A DNA stretch of 64,000 nucleotides from Neoechinorhynchus agilis. Taxonomy: Eukaryota > Animalia > Acanthocephala. Shown piece by piece: positions 47,215 through 57,764 of the stretch. The stretch lies in the NCBI GenBank assembly GCA_051530055.1, contig CM121341.1, forward strand, positions 2,469,561-2,533,560, read 5' to 3'. Each line of letters starts with the position of its first letter. Position 1 is the first letter of the stretch. The notes beneath the pieces are model-generated. The model saw nothing but the letters and a program-made list of their open reading frames with translations, had not been told where the DNA came from and did no database searches. A program made the position numbers and the translations under genes.

Positions 47215-47530
47215 ACCTCCTTTCCCACTCGACAGGATATTCCCACCCAACCGGACTAGTAATCCACTCCAAAATCGATAACCATATTCGTCCTGTTCTT
47301 TGTGCATTAACAAATATAACGTGTTATTGTTATATTTCTTCTAGGATATCAAGAACCGAAATGAACCTCAGGAAAAAGACCTAAGAAGAGAAAATAACCA
47401 CCAACTTTCGCCTACTCGATCGGAGTCATTATAAATTTCAAAATAAACAGCCACATTCATTTAACCTATCAAAACTCGAGTGTTCGCGAGGACCCACAGG
47501 TGCATGGTTCCGCTACTTTGAACAATAAAA
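47215..47530 (+). mobile_element. Two stacked LINE-like 3'-end fragments
   Basis: 47215-47326 resembles 14140-14300 (minus strand); 47336-47470 matches 24125-24259 (minus strand). Confidence 0.5.
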
Positions 47531-47850
47531 AATGTGCTATTATGTATTTAAAGAGCTATCGAAAGATCAATTTTGATGACCAATAATAATCATTCGGCGA
47601 TAATCGTTATGGAAGGTTTGATGGCTTTCTGATTTGACGAAGATAATTTTGATTACAAGAAAATATTCAAAATTGTTCGATTCTACTTTGACTTTTTCGT
47701 TATGAGTGTACACAAATAGAGCTTTGACTTTTTATTTTAGATGCCAAACACACAATTTCTATTTTTTTTAAGAAATACGATTTAAACTAAAATTTAATGA
47801 AGCATTTTATATCTTTCCGTGATTTTCCTAGCAATCGGTATTGTATTAAT

Positions 47851-47864
47851 AATACCATGGCAAC
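47851..47864 (+). promoter_or_regulatory. X-box-like RFX site upstream of the WD40 gene
   Basis: AATACCATGGCAAC with a perfect CCATGGCAAC half, ~57 bp upstream of the ATG at 47921. Confidence 0.4.
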
Positions 47865-47920
47865 GACCCTTCATTTCTTCAACTTACACGAGATATTTGT
47901 TTTAAAAGAATCGTTTAACA

Positions 47921-50900
47921 ATGCAGGATACTGCCATTTCAGAATCTATGCCAGCGGACGAACAATTAGAAACTGATCTTAAAGAATTGTTATCGCCACT
48001 TGAGTTCCCAAAAATTAATCCTAAACCTTTCCTAGATCATCAATCACTCGTATACTGTTTACACAAGCAAGAATTCGTTTATAATGGGAAACGATTGTCA
48101 CCGTGTACTTCTGATTTAACCAAAGAAGTAAAGAAATATTTAGCATCTGGGCAAAACAACTTTTCCCGCTTCCTTCATCAACTATGTCTTCTAAATTCCG
48201 ATACAATGGCAAGTATTGAAGACCAATTAGCAGAGGAATTTCAAGAAATTGAAGGCGCAAGACGTCCGGAGTGGCATGCCGTAAATATAGTTCCGGACGT
48301 AGATATAACTGACATTATTCCACTAATGCGTCCACAGAAATATCGTATACTTATTGGTAATATAATCGTCCCACCACTCAATATCGCAAACCAAGATTCA
48401 CCGCTCTTACTCCGTAAAAGAATAGAATCAATAAAAAATAAAATCATAGATCCAAGAGATCAAAGTCGACGCGAACTAGCCTGGCAAGAATACAGGAAAA
48501 GACTTTTACGTCTAATAGACACCAATATGAGATTTAGTGAAAATTTAGAATCGATTTCCATTGGAGTAGTATTTTGTGCCTGTTATCCATCTACAATCCT
48601 TAACATTAATTGCGCCGTTATTCTATCATTTGATGTGGGTAAGATGATTGCTGTTGTAGAAAAACGCGAACTATCAAGTTATTTGACAATTATCGGATAC
48701 GGCGCCGTTTTCCCTACATTAGCGACGGTTTTAACAAAGAAAATGAACTTCAGCCCTTCAAATATCGCTGTATCAAAAAACTTTGGATTTATGGTATATA
48801 CTGAAACGGTATCCGACAAGGCGGATCGTCTTTAAACCTACAATTTCGCTTTCCGGAAAAAAAAGCTACTTGGGAAAGCAAATTTTTAGGTAAATACTTT
48901 TCAGGGCCCTTCGCCTTATTTTAACATAATTTCCTACCAATTTATACCACCTTGTTATCTATTGCACTACTTGGAAGATCTAAAAATAATTTTGACTTGT
49001 CATTTGGAAAAAATGCAAGGATGGCAAGTATTTACAGGGACATCGAAGCAACCGAAACACATTAAAACATTCGATCTGGAATTCGAAAAGCATGAAAAGG
49101 TTCTGAAGCTAGATTCAAAAAAACGTCGTGGTTTATTGTTTGTTCTAACTAATGCGAGGTTGATTTTATTGGTGTCAACTAGCAAAGGATTCACTTTTCA
49201 GTGTGGAATTTATGCAGGCGGTGAAGTATTCACCTGCTTTGACTATGGAATTACGACTGAGAAAATTGTTATAGGTTACGAATCGGGACGGGTAGATCTT
49301 TTTGTAGAGCAGCGTGAGGTTTTAGATCGTTTACAAAGGGAATTTTATCAAATTGCTATGTTCGAAATGACCATCAGTATTTCTCTTTATTTTTAAATAT
49401 AATTTTTAATGATTTAATAAGAATATAAAAATTTTAAGATCAGCTTTATACCTTAGCGATAAATCCCAACATCATTTTATTAAATTAATTTCCCATTCTC
49501 AAAATAATACTGATATTAACTTATCATATAAAAAGCTCATTTGCTGCACGAAAAATCATCAAACGAGTTCAATCTCGAATACACAAAAATACTCATGGCA
49601 TCAATCATGGATGTGGGTATTGACAAAATGGAGGAATTGGTAGCTGCTTGTGATGCTAAAAGAAATCTTCACGTTCTTGATATGCGAACGTTACAGATTT
49701 TAAATCAATCGTTTGAACTCCTCAAGGAACAAATTCTAAGGGTCGAATATGCTTTTGATGATTTGTGGATAATATTAACTGTAGCTGGCGTGTATGTTTA
49801 TCAAATCAAAGTGATGAAAGTGAGATTATATCAATTACTTGAATCTCCAATCATTGAGTGTGGATCGCTCATGCAGTTGTTTAAGGGGGAAATCTTCTTT
49901 TAATCATTAAAAAGATATAGTCTTCATTGAAACTTGTACACTTTTAGACTTTTTAATTCATATTTTTGGGAAGATTTTTTTTAAAACCTGTATAATTTTT
50001 GAAATTCAATCAATCTTCATTTCTCGACAATTAACACACTCACCACCTCCCGCCGAATTCCAGCTTTTGTCCTTCCTAATGGTTTAACAATGCAAAAAGT
50101 TAACTAGTTCGCAAATATCTACAAAGTGCAAATTCTTTAATTCAAAATCCTTATTTTTTTCAGCTTAATTAAATAATTGAATGATCGAAGTAAACAATTT
50201 AGAGAAACCACGCTGTTCCCTCCATTAATAGCCTACAAGTACGAATCGGGATCGTTCACGCTTTTGGACATGGTAAGTCTTAGTGAAGACATCTGTATGA
50301 AAAGACTTATGAACGATCAATCATCATTGGAAGTTAAAGATATTGAACATGACCCAATCAAAAATATCACATATTTACTCACGACTGATGGCATTGTTTG
50401 CATTTTTAAGCACACGAATCTGGAAGCTGAGTTGATCAGTGTGATTTCGGTAAGTAAGCCTGGATTCAATGTGACTTCAATTGGATATTTGATTACTGTA
50501 GATGAAGAAACATTCTTGAATCGATTGTCAGACATGCAAACCACCATGGTGTTCGGTCACGGGAACGGCTTTTTATCCGTATTTCAAAGTAGCACATTTA
50601 ATCAGGTGCCTCCAATGCAAATACACGACGGAGCTGTTTTAGGAATAAAAGCAGTTGAACGATTTGATGAATTCAAAGTACTGAAGACAGGTAATCGTGC
50701 TCATAATCACTGTAAACGACTTTACACTTACGGAGAAGATCAAAATATCAAACTTTGGTCATTTTATGCTTGTAAAGAGAGTGATAAATTCACCTTACTC
50801 TTATTGGCTGTACATGCTGCTAATTGCATTCCAGTGTCACTTTTTGGTTTTACCCGAAAGCTTATTTACTTTGGAGAAAGTCATTCAGAACCAATAATAC

Positions 50901-51472
50901 TAGAATACATGGGAACAAAAATCTTAGACCGGATAGATAAAACGGATAGACCAAAAGTTTTCTATACTATTGAAATCGAAAATAAAATATTGTCGATTAT
51001 TAAAGAAATGGCGCTTGTTGGATATTCCAAAAAATTCGTTACAATCCATGAAGATTTTTCGCTTCGCCTGTGGGATGCCAGCGGGCACGTTAAGCGCTGT
51101 ATATTCTTTGAACATTTGCCTCGAGCTGTTTCATTTCAACGTGATTCTCATGACTTAGTGGTTTCATACCAAGGAAGGAGATTTATGATTGATGTTGAAC
51201 TTTTCGGGGATGATGATCTTATTGAAGATATGTTTAAAAATAAGATTCGGATTTGTTTTTCAGATCCTGAAAATTTTGCATCTGTACAACCTACTCGCCC
51301 GAAAATAATCGAAACTAGTGTGGATATCAATACAGTTCAACGCTATGTTTATGAACCAAGTGTTTATCATAAATCAAAAAAATTATCCAAGTTAGAAAAT
51401 CTTTCCTTCTATGAAAACAAATCGCAATATGATGATCTGCAACGAAGAAGCAAAGAACATTACAAGGCATAA
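47921..51472 (+). CDS. Large multi-exon WD40-like beta-propeller protein (possibly WDR87/WDR97-like)
   Basis: Four consecutive same-strand ORFs; IHDGAVLGIKAV...LYTYGEDQNIKLW and FVTIHEDFSLRLWD. The 3' end may continue in another exon. Confidence 0.55.
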
Positions 51473-51628
51473 AAAAATATGATGTGCCGAGAAATTAATT
51501 TTTGTTTGACGAAGATCGATAATAAAAAATATTTGCTTGCGTTTTCCCAAATATACTCAAAAAAAGACAATGCAAATTTCGCATTCAAGTAACCGGGAAA
51601 TAATCGCTGACTAATGCAAAGTATCGTT

Positions 51629-51996
51629 TCTCCTCCCCTCGACGCCCACCTCCACTCCATTTTCTCCAAAAACGCCCTCCGTCTTCTTCAACCCCCTCCA
51701 CAATTTACTTCCCTCATCTCTAAATACTCTTCCCTAGTAAACACCCGTAACCCAAAAATTTTTCATCCTCCCTCGCTCGTACCACCCTCGACCAAAAATC
51801 TTTCTTCCCTCAAGCCCAATCTTTCCTTAACAACCGGAGAACAAGGAAAGACTCCTAATCTGTCATTCTCCTGTAAAACTCCTTCAAAGGCAAATCCCAC
51901 CTCCCTGCCTCAACATTCGACATCCAGACACCTTCAGCAAAGATAGATGCTGGCAAGTGTATGGATCGTTCTTCTTAATTAATAAAACGTGTTTTA
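51629..51996 (+). mobile_element. Short 5'-truncated 3' end of the same LINE family as 22010-24000
   Basis: PLDAHLHSIFSKNALRLLQPPPQF; ends in AATAAAACGTGTTTTATT. Confidence 0.85.
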
Positions 51997-52086
51997 TTTT
52001 AAGCGTCTTGGTTTACTGACCTTTTTTCAATTCGAGCGAAATCAAAAAATAGAGTATAAAATCTAAATAGCAGTACGATTTATTTT

Positions 52087-53358
52087 TTACAAATTTACAA
52101 AATTAAAAGCCCATGGGAGCTTAACTACAATGATCGTCATGTCATCTCTCGAGCGCCTTGGATGTGGATGTAGAATCTCTTCGATTATTGCTGTTTGGTC
52201 TATCCGATTCGGACTTCCCGTTAAAACATGTTTAAGAACATCCGTAGCGATATTTTGGTTTGATTTAAACTGGTTTCCATCAAATTTGCACGAACTTTGA
52301 ATGGCTCCCACAATGTCATCAGCGTAAAGTTTATCAGAGACACCATCGGTGCACAAGATCAGGAACATGTCGCGTTTTGTTAACTTGATAGTCCTCGTTT
52401 CAGGAATCGCCGTCAGATATGGTGGAGTTTCGTAATTTTTAGGCAGAAAACGATTTCCTAATGCTGGTACGAATATTTCTTGCATATCCTTGAGACTTGC
52501 TTTAAGCCGTAAGTCGCCAAATGATCTAAGTGGTGCGAGATAACCGAGTAATCGCTGTTGATAGAGAATATTGCAGCGTTCGATTTCTGGATGCTCTGAA
52601 AATACTCTTTCTCGTTCCTTTATATTCATCGAAGTATGTGGTTCTATCAATAATTGAGCCTGTAATTTGGTATCATCATCCGGTGATATTGATGCTATGA
52701 TTGCCATACAATCGCCAAGACCAGCAACAACCAGGGTATCACCGTTTAAGTATGCCGAAATTGCACAAGAACCGGATTTTAATCCGTGGTGAACATTTAC
52801 AGCACTTTTGGCTTCGTCCAACAAACAACGATCGATGTGAGTGAATGCTGCTTTAAAAACCTCATCTGTAATATCATTGAAACCGGATTTATGCACAATT
52901 TCGTTCCAAACGGACAAGCAATGTTGTCTGTTTCGCCTGTCTTTTTCCGTTTTCTCCATGTTCGTCCTGATAGTTTGACATTCCAATTGTTTGCTTTGAT
53001 TTAAAGTCATAACAAGACATTCATGGATACGGTTGCTTACTGTGTCCGCACATTGTCCCCCACCATGACCGTCTAACACGCTGAAAAGGAAACGACTGCT
53101 GGAAGCATCGGAGCCAACTTGGGAAACTATAAAGCGGTCTTCGCAAGGCAAGTTGGCTGCTAAGTAATTGCTGTAGATTTTTAAATTATCGAACTGGTGC
53201 ATTCTTGCATTTTCACTGAGAATACTGGTTACTGATTTTGGGGTTAAGTAACGTTTCACTAGCCATGGATGCTTCTTTAAAGGTGGAAGCAAATCTCTAC
53301 GAAGTTCGAGCGAAACGAATCGAGGTACCTGTTGTGCTAAAAGATTCGCTCTGTACAT
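52087..53358 (-). CDS. PDP1: Mitochondrial pyruvate dehydrogenase phosphatase (PP2C family), single exon
   Basis: SNYLAANLPCEDR, VLDGHGGGQC, AGLGDC, RLLGYLAPLRSFGD, TPPYLTAIPE, LCTDGV and RDDMTIIVV; Arg-rich N-terminal leader. Confidence 0.88.
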   Translation of the reverse strand: MYRANLLAQQVPRFVSLELRRDLLPPLKKHPWLVKRYLTPKSVTSILSENARMHQFDNLKIYSNYLAANLPCEDRFIVSQVGSDASSSRFLFSVLDGHGGGQCADTVSNRIHECLVMTLNQSKQLECQTIRTNMEKTEKDRRNRQHCLSVWNEIVHKSGFNDITDEVFKAAFTHIDRCLLDEAKSAVNVHHGLKSGSCAISAYLNGDTLVVAGLGDCMAIIASISPDDDTKLQAQLLIEPHTSMNIKERERVFSEHPEIERCNILYQQRLLGYLAPLRSFGDLRLKASLKDMQEIFVPALGNRFLPKNYETPPYLTAIPETRTIKLTKRDMFLILCTDGVSDKLYADDIVGAIQSSCKFDGNQFKSNQNIATDVLKHVLTGSPNRIDQTAIIEEILHPHPRRSRDDMTIIVVKLPWAFNFVNL

Positions 53359-54824
53359 GTTTACAAATAATGGAAAAATTAATTTTTAAGGAACAGTGAC
53401 GAATGAGGCTGAACTTGATGAAAAGACCAAAGTTTGAAGGATAAAGCTATGAAGGTTTGAATTATACCGTTCCATAAAAATAAGTCTATAGATGATACCC
53501 ACAAGCACTAATGCACGTGACTGTTGATTAGACCTTAATGGCATTAAGAAATGCATTAAGGATATCTCTAATTAATGCACATTTCTGTCAAATCATTTTA
53601 AAATAGCATTAATCTTAATGCCAATTACGAATTATTCGCATGGTCACTTTGTCTATTTTGCCTAAAACACGGGATTTCCATTGCCTGTAATTGCCATGCT
53701 CGTTTACGTTTGAGGCTTAGAGCCCACGCTCCCACGGCTTCAATTCTTGCAATTGTTTCTCAAAAATTGTATCGTTTAAGGGATCTATTGAGTGGATCAG
53801 ACGTTATTCGGCTATTGCTAAAGCAAGTTTCTCTAAAGTTCCTATACGAACTCCAAATTTTCCCCACCAAATGACGAAGTAGATCAATGGCATCCTAAAG
53901 GTGTTCACAATGAAGATGCTGATTGACATGAGTTCAAACGGCACCAACATTTTTAATAACTATATTCACGCTGCGAATTTTCTATACAACTCTTAGATAT
54001 TAAAGAATTCGTCATTGCAACAAATTGATTTCACTAATTATGTCCGAAATCAACGTACATTTTTAAAAGTAGCAAAAAACGGAGTTCCCATTAATTTCTA
54101 GAAAAAATACTCACATTGAGACGCTCAGACGCCTTTTAGTCGGCACGAACGCACAACCATCCACTACAAAGTCGCTCAATTCAGCAAAGAATAAAACAGA
54201 ACGACAAGAAGAACACGAAAGCAGCCATAAAAAGCGGATGGCGATTTGGAAGGTACGAAAAAACCGAAGAATTCATGGTCCATGTAAAGATTTGGTGTGC
54301 GATTAAATTTTTTTAATCTATTTGTGAAAAATAGCCATGTAGTCTTTGTGCTCGATATCTTTTCGAATTAAAATCGAACTTACTCGCTTTCGAGAGTGTC
54401 GTGTGAGAAACTTACATTCGATTTTAAAGCCGCTTCGGTCGCTTAACTCAGTTCATTAATCGCAGCTTAATCGGAAATGAACAAAAAACGCTTTTTCCCA
54501 ATCGAATAGATCGATTGGAGCCGTAAACCGAAACGCTAAAAACCATTGAGTAATGATTCTACTTAACGCGGTGATTTTAACGATCCATCGCTAAAATGGT
54601 TTAAGGCCCATATTGTAATTTCGCCGGACTACGTTACATTCACCGACGGTATTACCAAATTCCTATTTGAACCTTTACGAGAGAAAAAACTCATGTTAAA
54701 CAGTCACTGCGATCTGAAGCTGTCCTTTTTTCGCATTGTCGGGCATCGAGCTCTTATAAAGATTCACTTGCCCTCGAAGCAAACATTGCTCTCTCGCTCC
54801 TTGGCTTCGAAAAAAGAAACTCGG

Positions 54825-55495
54825 CCCCCGCGCCTCTCCCCATCCAACGCTCCTCTTTTCTCCGGATACTGGGCCAGATTTCACAAGAAAACCTTAAATG
54901 GAATGCCCGCATTTCATTTACGCTCTCTAAAACAAACCCTCGTCTTTACCTTCTCAAACTCCTCCGGCGTCTCGGCGTTTCCCCTAAACACCTTGCCCAC
55001 TTTTATCTCTCTGACATCCTTCCTATCCTTACATACGCTTTCCCCACTTTCCTCGCCCTTTCCGCTAATGCTCTCCATTCCCTCGAAACCTTCCACAAGA
55101 GAGCAGCGAGAATATGCGGGACTTCACTCTCTCCCCTCGACGCCCACCTCCACTCCATTTTCTCCAAAAACGCCCTCCGTCTTCTTCAACCCCCTCCACG
55201 ATTTACTTCCCTCATCTTTAAATACTCGTCCTTAGTAAACACCCGTAACCCAAAAAATTTTCATCCTTCCATCGCTCGTACCACCCTCTACCAAAAATCT
55301 TTCTTCCCTCAAGCCCAATCTTTCCTTAACAACCGGAGAACAAGGAAAGACTCCTAATCTGTCATTCTCCTGTGAAACTCCAAAGGCAAATCCCACCTCC
55401 CTGCCTCAACATTCGACATCCAGACACCTTCAGCAAAGATAGATGCTGGCAACTGTGTGGATCCGGCATTTTTTTACATAAATAAAACGTGTTTA
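54825..55495 (+). mobile_element. 5'-truncated LINE copy (same family as 22010-24000)
   Basis: High similarity to the reverse complement of ~22030-22680; ends in AATAAAACGTGTT. Confidence 0.85.
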
Positions 55496-55872
55496 TACAC
55501 CTAATTCTATAAATTATCGGATTTTTATAAATTTAAAGCGCAATCTAATTTAATGCTGAACATTTATAGGAAATATTTCTATTTCCAACTTGATTTTTTT
55601 ATATTTCACAAACTTAAACGAATGTTCCGATCAATTGAACTTATCATTACATTTCTACTTAAAGACCACTAACGATTCAAATCATTATCATATAAACACT
55701 CCCAGGATAAAATTTTGATGCAAATTTACTTTTCGTTGTTTCACCTACTCACTGAAAATGCACGACGGCGCAATAGATGTTTGAGACTTTTAAGCGTTCT
55801 TAAAACAATTACAAAAATTTAAATGCATTAGCTTTACATTTGGTTCTTTGAGTAAGATTTCTTCAAATTGAA

Positions 55873-57400
55873 TTGGAAGACGAAGTAGTCGAGTACTCGC
55901 TTATCGCTGTAAAAACCCATGAAGCTCTCAAAGTCTCAGCACATTTTTCTCTTCTTTTTATTGTGACATGGAACGGTTTGCTGTACTTCATAAATATACG
56001 TGCTTTTTTCCTTCGAGCTCACTTGAACGACATCGTTTTCCATCGTCTCCGCTCGACGTCGAAGGCACTCTCAATGATCGTCGCCTTCTTCATTGTTTTC
56101 TTATCATTCGAAAATACTTACGGTTACAAGTGGTACTACGACCGAGCCAATTATACTCTCTTCCGTTCAAACAAAAAAGTAGATCTTACTAAGCCCAGGT
56201 TTCAAGCTATCAATGGCGACGAAGTTGCATTTGGTCGTAATCGAACTCTTGTAAGACTTATCGAATTTAGTGAATCGAATAAAACGTACCAGGGCTGTAC
56301 TCAGAAAACTCCTCGATGTAAGGAACGTGCACATTTCAATGAAGAACTTAAACTAAGGATAAATACACCTCCTTGTTGTCGGCGCAATCTTATTTTAACT
56401 TATTACGATGTGCTGGATGTTCTCGAAAAGTTTAAATTTTCTTACAGTCTATACGGCGGCAGCTTATTAGGTGCATATCGAGACAGAGGACACATTACGA
56501 TTGGTGATTTCTTCATATTTCCTATGAAAATGCCAATTATCTAGCAATCGGTATTCATTTTTTGTCGCAATTTTTAATAGAAACTTGTAATTAGCTTTTA
56601 AATGTGTCCTTTCTTGAACCAAAGATTTTTTGCTTTAATAGCCAACATTCATATTTTAATTCTTGCGAAAAAATCTAAAAGCAAAAGTTCACATTATTTT
56701 TATTCGAGACTTTTCGTTTTTTTTCTGCATTTGAATATTTAAATTGATCGTTTCTCCTTTTTTTACCTTAAAGTCTACGAAGAAATTACTTGTATTCCAT
56801 ACGACGATGATATAGATTTTATTGCGAATTCAACGGAATACGATCGGTTCATGGCAGAAGCAAAACCAATTCTTGAGCAGAAAAAGGGACGCAAAGTTAA
56901 GGATGTTAGAGCAAGAAAGCAAACTCATATTCAAGTAAGCGATAAGAATAAGCTGTCGGTTGATATCTTTTGGTTCATCGACAACGGCACTTCAATTGAT
57001 ATTCAGTTCAATTGGCTAAAGTTCGACAAGAAGATGCTCTTTCCGACTAAACCGATTGTTTTTGAGAACAGATCGCCACAAAGTCCATTAAAGGTGAAGG
57101 AACTCATGGAACGACTTTACAAAAAATGGCAGTATCCCCTGGATTGCAGTATCAGAAGAGGTCATAACTGCAACGGGAAATACCTTTTTATTAATGACCT
57201 TTAAATGAGTGGTAAATGTTTCCGCGAATAAATAAAAACCATAAATATTCACTTATAAATATTATGAATCTCATGTTTAATTTAGGAACTACGATCATTC
57301 AAAAATCCCGACTGCACGGTGTATTTAGGCCATCGGTACAGCGTGCAATTAAACGATAATTTTAATCAAAGAAGGGTTATAAAAAGTTCCAACACCAGGA
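55873..57400 (+). CDS. LicD/fukutin-family nucleotidyltransferase, copy 1 (intron 56504-56773; likely ATG at 56074)
   Basis: Splicing gives YGGSLLGAYR...CIPYDDDIDF (LicD DxD motif); type II anchor MIVAFFIVFLSF. The 3' end is approximate. Confidence 0.75.
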
Positions 57401-57764
57401 CTAAGGGGTTCCAGAATTATAATTTTTGTTTTAATACCAATTTCGGAAAGGTTTTTGTGGATTGACGGTCACGATCGTCCATTATTCAATTTAATTATAA
57501 GTATCGTTATTGTATTGGGCTGCCGTTTGCGACCTTCCGCCGCAACAAGTGGTTGTGAAAACATTGACTGATTCTGAAAAAAATTTATTCGGCAAAGGCA
57601 AACCATGGATCTGATTCTCAAACTATAAACAATTCGCCTAAAACGTATGCACGAAATCGATTGATCAATATACGTTTTTGGGCGGTAAAAGTGAATAAAA
57701 ATTCGTAGACTTAATCTGATTAGCTTTACCTTTCAAAGAATCTAACAAACTCTACTTGATCAAA

